This document shows positions 20,830-30,641 of a stretch of DNA of 32,000 bases, piece by piece. The notes below the pieces were generated by a model. The model searched no databases, was not told the origin of the DNA, and worked only from the letters and a program-made list of their open reading frames with translations. The position numbers and the translations under genes are program-made. Within the stretch, counting starts at the first letter, position 1, and every line of letters begins with the position of its first letter. The stretch lies in the sequence record OY751497.1; one strand, written 5' to 3'.

Positions 20830-21118
20830 TTTCTTAATTTATTCAATTCTTTATTTATGATTAATAGTAGTACTAATACTTTTTACTTTATTTTAAGTGG
20901 TAGTACTTTCTAATTCTTCTAGTTTTACTTGTAATCACTAAAACATCATTAGAAAAATACAAATTAAATAATTAATACCAATATTGTAAATTAAACTTAT
21001 TTATTTAAGATTTAATTTTAAGGTAATTAAAAAAAGTTGTGAAAATATATTCACATTTATATTAGAAAATATGAAAGCATATATTTTCTATTTGTTTTTT
21101 TTAGTAGTACAACGTAAA

Positions 21119-21165
21119 ACTTGTACTACGTAGAACTTGTACTACGTAGAACTTGTAGAACGTAG
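21119..21165. repeat. tandem 16-mer acttgtactacgtaga, about 2.9 copies
   Basis: Two perfect copies (21119-21134 and 21135-21150) plus a diverged third. Confidence 0.85.
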
Positions 21166-21414
21166 TACATGTTGAACTTGTAGAAGTATTAAAAGAAGTA
21201 GTATTTTTAAAAGTACTACAAGTTTTTGTTGTATTTGTATAACTATATCTTGAACTAGTTCGTTATACTAGTACTACGTACTAGTAACTACGAAGTAGAA
21301 GTTTTATTAATAAAGAAATATATAATATTTAATAATGAATTTTTTATTAATCATTATTCATTATTGTAAGAAATATTAAATAAAACCTTAATTTATCTTA
21401 TGGTAAACACAAAA

Positions 21415-21448
21415 ACTTTTTATAAAAATTATAATTTTTATAAAAAGT
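21415..21448. repeat. perfect 34-nt palindrome actttttataaaaattataatttttataaaaagt
   Basis: The sequence equals its own reverse complement (checked base by base). Confidence 0.9.
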
Positions 21449-22000
21449 TCGTATAATAATTGCTTAAATTGCTTCAATAAAATATTTAATAAAATTTATC
21501 TAGGTATAAACAAAGCTTGGAATACACAAAATTTACCTAATAATAATTTAAAACTACGTCTACGAATCTCTTTCATTAGAATATTAAGAAAAGAAAATAA
21601 AGTGGGTAAAGTGTATTAACTTTATTAAATAAAATTTATTAATATATTTATATATTATAATTTTGTATCTTTATAATTTGATTAAATTTAAAATCTCATA
21701 TTATATTTACTTATTATAAAATTAAATACAATTTTTATTTCATTTTTTTCTGTAGATCAAATTACCCTTATAAATAGATTATTCTCATTAATTAGTAAAG
21801 CATTATTTTTTATTAATTCAAGTTGTTAAATTGTTCTACATTTGGTACAGTTTTAGGTTTAATGATAGCAACATTTTCTAGAAGAAAGTAGAAGTACTAT
21901 TAGTTATACGTACGTAGTTCTAGTACTAGAAAAAATAAAGAATAATATTTTTATTCTAACAAATAAAAAGTACTACAATTAAAAACTACGTATTACGTCC

Positions 22001-22345
22001 AAATTTGATTTAACTGAAAACACTAATTTATTTGGTTTCTTTTTGAATGTTATATTCCTAAAATTAATAAACCAATGTAACCTTTTTTTTTACAGGTAAA
22101 ACAAATTATCCTTATGCTAATTGGAATGGTATATATTTTACTGAAGAATTAAAAGCTTTACTAAAATTTGGTTATAATTTAAAATTAATTAGAGGTTATG
22201 AATTTAGTAAAATAGATCTAATTATTAAATAGGTTAAACATTGTATAAACAAAAATTTGTAGTAGTTGAAGAACGTAGTTTTTTAATACAAAGAATATTA
22301 TAAAATACATATAATTCAATTATATGGAATCTTAGGCAGAAAATT
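22001..22345 (+). pseudogene. dpo: fragmented linear-plasmid-type family B DNA polymerase (dpo) remnant
   Basis: Three frame-shifted pieces:
- 22001-22096: KFDLTENTNLFGFFLNVIF...
- 22071-22232: ...GKTNYPYANWNGIYFTEELKALLKFGYNLKLIRGYEFSK*
- 22287-22345: YKIHIIQLYGILGRKF
The second resembles the G.W.G.YFSEELK...GY.I...GY.F block of plasmid pols. The third resembles Pol B motif K...NS.YG. These are pattern matches from memory, not a search. Confidence 0.55.
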
Positions 22346-22546
22346 TCGTTTACTTCATAGGATTTCTACTACTCTCTTAGTAATATTATTATTACAACTA
22401 AACGAACTACTTCTTCTACTACTTGTTCTTCTTGTAATTTTGGTTTGTTTATTTTTATTTGAGATTAAAATTTAAATAAATTTTTATATAATTAAATGTC
22501 TTCTACTTCTAGATGAAGTAGAAGAAGTAATACTAGTACTTTTGTT

Positions 22547-22630
22547 TGAGCAGTAAAGGAATCGAACCTTTTACGGCAATTAACCAATTCTTTTACAGAG
22601 AACCACCATTACCAATCGGATCACCTGCCC
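22547..22630 (-). tRNA. trnY: tRNA-Tyr (anticodon GUA), long variable arm
   Basis: Reverse complement folds. Acceptor GGGCAGG/ACTGCTC (one G-T, one mismatch). Anticodon stem GTTCT/AGAAT with loop CTGTAAA. T-arm AAAGG-TTCGATT-CCTTT. Confidence 0.85.
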
Positions 22631-22825
22631 TTAATTAAATAAAAATGTAGAATAGTATATTTATTAATTTAATTATTTAAATATATTATATAATAATACT
22701 ACTAGACGTAGTTCTTCTCTTCTTCTTAAAAAAAATTACCTTAGCTAAAATATAACAAACACTACGTAAAAACTTACCTTTATAATTAAATATAGATATG
22801 TTTTATATATTAATATAAAAAATAA

Positions 22826-22836
22826 ATAAGGGGTTT
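22826..22836 (-). promoter_or_regulatory. C-run motif (sense aaaCCCCttat) between atp9 and trnY
   Basis: G4 at 22830-22833 on the plus strand. It can pair with tcccttat at 22857-22864 to form a hairpin. Confidence 0.3.
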
Positions 22837-22871
22837 ATTAAATATTAATTTAATAATCCCTTATTAAAAAA

Positions 22872-23860
22872 ATTGTTATTTTTTGTTTTTGTTTTTGTTT
22901 TTTGTTTTTTGTTTAGTAAGTAATACTAGTGTTTGTTATTTTGTTTATATTATTTATTTTTATTTTGTTTTTGTACGTAGTAACGTACTTTTGTTTTTGT
23001 TTTTATTTTTTGTTTTTGTTTTTGTCTAGTTTTAGTATTACTTCTTCTATATTTCAGATATGGTAGTACTAGACAAAATACGTACTTTACTTTATACTAC
23101 TAATAAAATTTTTCTAGTTTGAAGTAATTTTCTTCAAAATTTTACGTTGTATTTCTTGTATTACAAGTAGTACTTGTAGTTTTTGTTTTTTTACTTTTTT
23201 TTAATTATTTTGTTTTTGTTTTTTTTATTTGTTTAGTAGTATTTGTTTTTGTTTATACGTACTTTTTTGTTTTAAGTAATTATTATTATTTTAAACTATT
23301 AACTAGTTTATTCTTTTTTTTAATATTATTTTTTTATAAATAGTTTTTGTTTTTCTTTATACGAAATCTACAAGTACTACATAGTACTTGTAGTATTCAT
23401 TAATTATTCTTTTTTTTTAGTAGTTTTTTGTACGTACTTTTGTTTTTTTGTTAGTACTTGTAGTAGTTTTTATTAAAAATAATTAAATTATATTTTTATA
23501 CGTACTTTTATTAGTACAACGTAGTTTTTTACGTTGTACGTAGTACTAATGTTTTTTGTTAGTACTTGTAGTACTAATGTTTTTTGTTTTTGTTTTTTGT
23601 TTTATTATATAATATTAATATATAATTTTCTTCTTTACTTTTAATTTAAATTTATACTAGTTTAATTTTTTGTACGTTTTTGTATGTACAATTTATTTTT
23701 TTAGAATTTTATAGTAGTATTTTTTGTACGTATTTTGTTTTTTATTTATTTTTATACGTACTTTTTACAAATAAATATAAAATATTTTTCTATAAGTAGT
23801 TTTTCTTTAATTTAAACTAATACTAGTTTAAAATTTATATTAGTTTTTGTTTTTATTTTG
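22872..23860 (-). repeat. about 1 kb strongly strand-skewed tract: (TTTTTG)n on the plus strand, (CAAAAA)n in the atp9 sense, interspersed with GTAC/ACGT word blocks
   Basis: Direct reading. There are repeated tttttg units and an internal near-duplicate agtactaatgttttttgtt at about 23545 and 23572. It also contains the minus-sense motif copy at 22966-22994. Confidence 0.8.
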
Positions 23861-23941
23861 ATAATTAAGAATATTATTATAATAATATCATATTATTTAA
23901 TATTATATAATAATTAATTAATTATTTTTTATTTACAAATA

Positions 23942-24175
<234 letters not shown>

Positions 24176-24535
24176 TTAAGATGAAGAATAGCGTCTGACA
24201 TATTAATACAATAATTTTTTAATACTCTTTTAACTTCATTTAATTTATTTAAATTTTTTACAAACACTATTACTACGTAAAAAAACAAAATTTAATTTAA
24301 ATAATATTAAAGAAAAAAACTACGTTCTAGTTCAACTAAAAAAAGAAATAGAAATACTTCTATATAGTAGAACTTTGAGTTTTTAAAATTTAAATGGTAG
24401 TACTACGTAATACGTAGTACTTGTACTTGTAGATATTTGGTTTCTTAAATTAGGATAGGACTCAGGATTATTGATATCGTATTCATATAGATTTGTTTAA
24501 TCTTTATAAATATTTAAGTATTTATTTAATAATAA

Positions 24536-24608
24536 CTGAGTTGACCAGATTCGAACTAGTATAAACCATTACCAAAAAATGGTGTTTTTCCAATTAAACT
24601 ACAACTCA
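24536..24608 (-). tRNA. trnQ: tRNA-Gln (anticodon UUG)
   Basis: Reverse complement folds. Acceptor TGAGTTG/CAACTCA. Anticodon stem CCATT/AATGG with loop TTTTGGT. T-arm ACTAG-TTCGAAT-CTGGT. Confidence 0.88.
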
Positions 24609-24673
24609 AGAAAAAAATACTAGTTTTAACTTAAATAATTTTTTTAATTTATATTTATAATAATTTTAATTTT

Positions 24674-24755
24674 AGGAATAAAGGTGATTTGAACACCTAA
24701 GGGCGTTAACCCGAACAATTAGCAATTGTCTTATCTTACCAATGAAAATTATTCC
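24674..24755 (-). tRNA. trnS: tRNA-Ser (anticodon GCU), long variable arm
   Basis: Reverse complement folds. Acceptor GGAATAA/TTATTCC. Anticodon stem GACAA/TTGTT with loop TTGCTAA. Variable arm CGGGTTAACGCCCTT. T-arm AGGTG-TTCAAAT-CACCT. Confidence 0.88.
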
Positions 24756-25417
24756 CTCTTTAGAATAAATTTAATTTATTACTTCTTTTCAAGTTAGTAG
24801 AAGTACTTCTACTACTTTCTATTTAATAAGTAGAAATCTACGTACAACGTAACACTAGTACGTAGAAATTATATTATAATAATATTTATATTAAAATATA
24901 AAATAAATTAAATTTATACTACTTTTAATGTTTAAGATAAATTTAAAATAAATTTTCTTATTATATTTAATTACTATGTTTCTTCTTTTCGTAGACGTCT
25001 TCATATACGTAGTATTTGTTGTAATACAAATATTACTTTTCTCTACGTACTTGAACTACTAGTAACTACGTAAAACATAGTTACTAGATGTTCAAGTATT
25101 TATTAGTACTAAATAAAAAATTCTATTTTATTTTATCTACTTATTTTAAAATAGAAGTATATTTATTAATTTTTACTTTCTAGATTATTTTCTAGTAAAT
25201 AGTAATTTCTATTTTTATTTACATTAATACTTCTACAAGTACAACCAAAATTACAAGTTATTTTTCGTCTAATTGTAAAGAATTACTACTACTATTTATG
25301 ATTAATTTCTAGTTCCAAATAAAATTATTTCTTTTCTTATATTTTAAATAATATATTTTATATTTATTTTATATTATTTTATTTATTATATTTATTTTCA
25401 AATAATAAGATAAATTA

Positions 25418-25490
25418 TATTCTCTTTTGGAGTTGAACCAAAATTAACACTTTAGAAGAATGCAGTTCTAACCGATTGAACTAAGAGAAC
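25418..25490 (-). tRNA. trnR: tRNA-Arg (anticodon UCU)
   Basis: Reverse complement folds. Acceptor GTTCTCT/AGAGAAT. D-arm GTTC/GAAC. Anticodon loop CTTCTAA. T-arm TTTGG-TTCAACT-CCAAA. Confidence 0.88.
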
Positions 25491-25624
25491 TAAATATAAT
25501 ATTTAATTTAATTAATTTTAATTAAATTAATATTACTTAAAAACTACGTATAGAAATATTAATAAAGTTAAGTAAATTATATAAAATAATTTAACCTTAT
25601 TAATAAAAATATTACGTAAAACGT

Positions 25625-25699
25625 AGAGTTAAGAAGGAATTGAACCTTAATTTATTAGACTTTGCAGGTCTACTACAGAACCATCTGTAAACTTAACCC
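25625..25699 (-). tRNA. trnC: tRNA-Cys (anticodon GCA)
   Basis: Reverse complement folds. Acceptor GGGTTAA/TTAACTC. D-stem TACAG/CTGTA. Anticodon stem TAGAC/GTCTA with loop CTGCAAA. T-arm AAGG-TTCAATT-CCTT. Confidence 0.85.
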
Positions 25700-26331
25700 T
25701 TAATTTATTAAATAATAAATAAAATTTATTGTAGTACTTCTACTTAATAGTAGAAATATTTTAAATTAAATATTAAAAATAAATATTTTATTATTTATTA
25801 AATAATAAAATACTCATAAAATATAAAAAATAGATATACTAGTTACTTTCTTCTACTATATCTAATATTTTTACTCTCAACGTTTAATTACTTTCTACTA
25901 CTTATTCTTTTAAATATAAATTTATTAATAAATTTTAATAATTACGTAACTATTTTATTTAAATAATTAAAAATTATTTTATTTATTTATAAAATTACTA
26001 CTACTTTTAAATTAAATATTAAAACAAAAATATTTTATATATAATTAAATATAAAATTCTACGTACTAACTACTTACATTGGAACTATAAAGTTGTAGAA
26101 CTTCGTCTAGTTCTAGTAAAAGTAATTAAACTATAACTTAGAAGAATAAATACTTCTTCGTCTTCAAAGAAGAAATACTTTAATTTTAATTTACTTTTTT
26201 ATCTAGAAAGTAGAATTATTTAGAAGTGTAAGTTAAAATGTTACTAGTTATTCTACTTTGAAGTAGAAATTAATAAGTAATAACATTTTAACTAAATAAA
26301 AGTAGTAAAAAGTTTTGTAAAATAAAAAATT

Positions 26332-26363
26332 ACTTACTACTTTATTTAAATAAAGTAGTAAGT
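26332..26363. repeat. perfect 32-nt palindrome acttactactttatttaaataaagtagtaagt
   Basis: Self-reverse-complementary. It lies in the trnC/atp8 divergent spacer. Confidence 0.9.
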
Positions 26364-26625
26364 ATTATTAGACAAAGTTCTACAACTTCAAATAAATAGA
26401 AAAAGACTAAAATATTAAAAGAAGAAAATTATTTACTTAAATATTAAAATTTTAGTATAAAATATATTATTAATTAATTTGTATATATAATAAATTACTT
26501 CTATTAATACTATTTGTAATAGTAGTTCTACGTTCTAGTACTTGTTGTATATGTACTTGTAGTACTAGTATTTGTGTGTACTACTATAAGTAGTAGAAGA
26601 ACTTGTACTTGTAGATATACTTCAA

Positions 26626-26667
26626 CTATTAAATATGAAAAGAAATATTTCTTTTCATATTTAATAG
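26626..26667. repeat. perfect 42-nt palindrome ctattaaatatgaaaagaaatatttcttttcatatttaatag
   Basis: Self-reverse-complementary, about 200 nt upstream of atp8. Confidence 0.9.
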
Positions 26668-26744
26668 AACTTATGAATAATTACTTTGTTTTCTAAAATT
26701 AACATAATTTCTTAATTAATAATTAATTATTTTTATTAATTAAG

Positions 26745-26870
26745 ATACCCTCAATATCTCATTTATATTATAATTTAAAATAAAATTATAAAAGCTTTAT
26801 TAATATTAAGCAGAGATAGTTCTTTTTAATTACTAAAATATTAGAGCCAAATAAAAATAATATAATCATC
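26745..26870 (+). repeat. paralog of the rnl-intron segment that precedes the LAGLIDADG ORF (inverted copy of about 11345-11497)
   Basis: Shared blocks in the same order: ataccctcaatatctcatt (19/19), gcagagatagttcttttt (18/18), aatattag, ccaaata, taatataa. An ATG follows in both copies. Confidence 0.8.
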
Positions 26871-27029
26871 ATGCCTCAATTAATACCATTTTTTTTCTTT
26901 AATCAAATATTATTTACATTTATTATTTTATTTTCTATAATTTTTGTATTTTCTAAATATATTTTACCTTTATTTACATTTCAACAAGTTATTAGAACAT
27001 ATATTACTAAATTAAGTAAAAAAAATTAA
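26871..27029 (+). CDS. atp8: ATP synthase F0 subunit 8
   Basis: 52-codon ORF not in the supplied track (too short): [52 protein letters not shown]. It has the canonical MPQL start and a TAA stop. Confidence 0.9.
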   Translation: MPQLIPFFFFNQILFTFIILFSIIFVFSKYILPLFTFQQVIRTYITKLSKKN

Positions 27030-27116
27030 TTTATTTTAAAGATAAATCTTCTTATTTTTATAGAAATACTTATTAAAATAAATCTATATATATTTAAAAT
27101 AGTTTATATATGTATG

Positions 27117-27133
27117 CTAATCCCCCACCCTAC
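27117..27133 (+). promoter_or_regulatory. C-run motif (ctaatCCCCCaCCCtac) downstream of atp8
   Basis: C5 at 27122-27126, 93 nt after the atp8 stop. Confidence 0.4.
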
Positions 27134-27304
27134 TTAAATTTAAATTAAAAAATAGTTATTCTACTATAGAAGTAATACTTCTTACTACTTATTACTAGTT
27201 TTCAGAAATAGTTCTTGTACTTCGTACTTCTTCTTGTAGAACTTCGTCTAGTTATTGTAAAACTATAAAAATTAAAATTTAAATAATTTAAAATAAAAAT
27301 AAAA

Positions 27305-27377
27305 AAGAGTGTAGTATAATTGGCTAGTATGGCGATCTCCAAAATCACTGGTAGGTGTTCAAGTCACCTCACTCTTG
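27305..27377 (+). tRNA. trnW: tRNA-Trp with anticodon CCA (27339-27341), not the UCA usual in code-4 mitochondria
   Basis: Acceptor AAGAGTG/CACTCTT (perfect). T-arm AGGTG-TTCAAGT-CACCT. Anticodon stem GCGAT/ATCAC (one C-A mismatch) with loop CTCCAAA. Confidence 0.8.
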
Positions 27378-27410
27378 TATAAATTTGACATAAAAATAAA
27401 AAACTACGTA

Positions 27411-27437
27411 CAAAAAACAAAAACAAAAAACAAAAAT
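27411..27437 (+). repeat. (CAAAAA)n tract, inverted partner of 27826-27896
   Basis: caaaaaacaaaaacaaaaaacaaaaa read directly. Confidence 0.8.
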
Positions 27438-27825
27438 TACGTAAAAAAAACTAGTCCTATGTCCAACGTAAAAAATTGTCCTATTTTTTATTTTTTGTTT
27501 TTTAAATTAACCGGTACAGAATAAATTTATTATATAAAAGGAAGGTATACGTAGTATATTTTATTAATAATAAATCTTTTATTTTTTATCATTAAAATAA
27601 ACTAATCTGTTCTATCTATTTTATTAGTAAATATTTTAGTAGAACGATTAGAAGAACTAAAACTTCTACTTTCTTGAACTAATTATATTTGTAAAACTAA
27701 TACTATAACTATGTATTACTAAAATTATCCAATATTGTAGTTCTAGGTTGTTTAAGTACAGATAAGGACGGTTACTACTAAAAATTTATTCTTATTTTTA
27801 TTCTTAGTTAAGGTAAGAAATCATT

Positions 27826-27896
27826 TATTTTTGTTTTTTGTTTTTTGTTTTTTATTTTTTGTTTTTGTTTTTGTTTTTTGTTTTTGTTTTTGTTTT
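27826..27896 (+). repeat. (TTTTTG)n tract of about 70 nt
   Basis: Eleven successive T5-6 G (or A) units read directly. Confidence 0.85.
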
Positions 27897-28184
27897 AATT
27901 TTCCTTAAATAGATAAAACTTATCTGAATAATTTTAAAATTTATAGAAGAAAATTAAATAAATTACTACGAAGTAGTAATATTATATCTATAATCTAAAA
28001 AATAAAAGTAAGTATTACTAAAAAAAATTACGTAAACAAAAGTAGTAGTAATTATTCTAATACAATTTAATTTTAAGAAATAATCAAACTAGACGAAGAG
28101 ACGAAGTTCTACTTAATACGAAGAAAACTACGTAAAATGTAGTAATTTATTATTAAAAATAATAGTAAAAATAATAAATTATAA

Positions 28185-28266
28185 ACGAGTATGCCGAAAT
28201 TGGTAGCCGGGTGGGTTTTAGGTACTCATAATTTTAATTGTAAGAGTTCAAGTCTCTTTACTCGTA
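28185..28266 (+). tRNA. trnL: tRNA-Leu (anticodon UAG), long variable arm
   Basis: Acceptor ACGAGTA/TACTCGT. D-stem CCG/CGG. Anticodon stem TGGGT/ACTCA with loop TTTAGGT. T-arm AAGAG-TTCAAGT-CTCTT. Confidence 0.88.
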
Positions 28267-29115
28267 TAAAAAAAAGTTCTACAAGTACAACAAGTATTAC
28301 GTAGTAACTAGAAAGTATTAAGTTGTACTTCAAGTAAAACAATTATTTCAATGAACTTGTAGAATTTTTACGAAGTAGAAGTCCTTCTAGACGAAGTACA
28401 ACTTCTATTAAATAGAAGTTGTAATACTACGTACTACTAAAATTTTTTATATTTTTATTTTATAAAAAACTACGTTCTACGTCCAAATATAAAAACTACA
28501 TTCTTCTTCAAATACTATTACAATTTCTACAAGAAGAAGTACGAAGGAAAAATGTATGTCTATTTTAGTAGATAACCTTATTCTTTAAATATAAATTTTG
28601 TATTTCTTCTTTTTAATCTTTAACTATGTTTATTTAAATTTATATAATTAAATAAATAAAGAAACTTTAAAAAAACTACATAGTACTAACAAAACTAGTA
28701 CTAGTCCAAAGTCCAACGTAAAAATTAAATATATAATTAAATATATTAAAACTACGTATAAAAATACTATATAAAAAAAATATTTATTATAATTAAATTA
28801 AAAAATAATTAGTTTTTTATATATTTCTATACGAACTAGTACTAGTTTTGTTAGAAAATGAATAAAAAAACTAGTTACAAATCTAGTACTAGTTTAACGT
28901 AGTACTACTACTACTACAAATACAATTTCTAAGATGTAGTACTATCACTAGATCCAAAAGAAGTAGAACTACGTAGTACGTCTACTAAATTTATTATAAA
29001 ATGGGAATATATTTATCTAATATAATTCTATAATAATATCTTTTATATCATATAATATATATTTATAATTTAGTTAAATTAATAATTAAAAAACACTACG
29101 TACAAAAAATAATTA

Positions 29116-29188
29116 ACATCTTTAGCTAAATTGGTAAAGCGGTTGTCTTCGGAGCAATAGATTATTGGTTCAAGTCCAATAGGATGTT
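29116..29188 (+). tRNA. trnR: tRNA-Arg (anticodon UCG)
   Basis: Acceptor ACATCTT/AGGATGT. Anticodon stem GTTGT/GCAAT with loop CTTCGGA. T-arm ATTGG-TTCAAGT-CCAAT. Confidence 0.85.
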
Positions 29189-29814
29189 TATACTTTAAAG
29201 TATAATATAGAGTAAGTATAAGTGATTAAAATTAATAATAAACCTTTTCCTGTTTCCAATAGAATGGTAAAGGTATTTATTTCATTTATTTAAAAGTAGA
29301 GTAGAACTAGTACGTATAAAAAGAAATATTTATTTATTTTTATAGAAGTAATTATTTTAATAATTATAATATTATTAATTATATTTATTATAACTATAAA
29401 TATTACATTACTAAATAAATGTTTTTTATTATAAAAGAAATTATATATTAAATATCAAATTATATTATCTAAATAAGTATAATTATTTTATCTGTTTAAT
29501 TAAATATTTTTAAATATAAAATTATGTTTTATATATTTAATTTATTTAAAAGTATCCTATATTTTTGTAAGTATTAATATTTTATAAATATTTATAAAAT
29601 ATAAAATATAAATATAATGATAAATTTTAAGTAATCAAAATAATTTATTAAATAATTTATTATTCTAGATATCATTATATTAATACTAATATAATATTTA
29701 ATTTAATTTTTATATATTTATAAATATATAGAAATTATAATTTACGTTATGCGTATAAAAAATAAAAAATTTCAAGTATTTACTTCGTCTTCGTATAAAT
29801 TAACTTTATTTAAA

Positions 29815-30624
29815 ATGAAAATAAATATAAAAAACTTTCAACATTTTCCATTTCATTTAGTAGATCCTTCTCCTTGGCCAATTTTATTAAGTTTTTCATT
29901 ATTAAATTTGGCTATAGGTGCTGTGTTATACATGCATGGATTTAATTATGGTGGAACATTATTAACAATAGGGTTTGTGGTTACTGCTTTAGGGATGATT
30001 TTATGGTTTAGAGATGTAATAGTAGAAGGAACTTATTTAGGTCATCATACTAAACAAGTAAAGAATGGATTAATGATAGGTGTAATACTTTTTATTATTA
30101 GTGAAGTATTTGCTTTCTTATCTATTTTCTGGGCTTTCTTTCACTCTAGTTTATCACCTGCAATAGAAATTGGTGGTTCTTGGCCTCCACTAGGTATTAC
30201 ACCATTAGATCCTTTTGCTATTCCATTACTTAATACTTTCTTATTATTAAGTAGTGGTGCTTTTGTAACATATGGTCATCATGCACTAATAGCTGGAAAT
30301 AGAAAAGCTGCAATTGATGGTGTATTTTATACAATTGTATTAGCCCTTTTATTTTCTGCTTTACAATATATTGAATATTCTGAAGCTGGGTTTACAATAT
30401 CTGATGGTGTATATGGATCAGCATTTTTTGCTTCTACAGGATTACATGGTTTCCACGTTATTGTTGGTACTATCTTTATTTTAGTAGGATTTATTAGAAT
30501 CATAAATTACCAATTAACAAAACAACACCACCAAGGATTTGAAGCAAGTATTCTTTATTGGCATTTTGTGGATGTAGTTTGGTTATTCCTTTTTGTGGCT
30601 GTATATTTCTGGGGTGGGTTATAG
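29815..30624 (+). CDS. cox3: cytochrome c oxidase subunit 3; start placed at the second in-frame ATG (the ORF opens at 29749)
   Basis: Canonical FHLVDPSPWP, HHT, YWHFVDVVWLFLF blocks. TAG stop. The 22-codon upstream extension is AT-rich, contains a repeat-family word (tacttcgtcttcgta) and has no counterpart in the cox3 proteins I know. Confidence 0.93.
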   Translation: MKINIKNFQHFPFHLVDPSPWPILLSFSLLNLAIGAVLYMHGFNYGGTLLTIGFVVTALGMILWFRDVIVEGTYLGHHTKQVKNGLMIGVILFIISEVFAFLSIFWAFFHSSLSPAIEIGGSWPPLGITPLDPFAIPLLNTFLLLSSGAFVTYGHHALIAGNRKAAIDGVFYTIVLALLFSALQYIEYSEAGFTISDGVYGSAFFASTGLHGFHVIVGTIFILVGFIRIINYQLTKQHHQGFEASILYWHFVDVVWLFLFVAVYFWGGL

Positions 30625-30641
30625 GGCTATAACTTAATGAT

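Noticed and set aside
29749-29814. N-terminal 22-codon extension of the cox3 ORF
   Set aside because: The extension is AT-rich, includes a repeat-family word (tacttcgtcttcgta) and precedes an in-frame ATG. Starting at that ATG gives a conventional cox3 N-terminus (MKINIKNFQHFPFHLVDPSPWP), so I placed the start at 29815.
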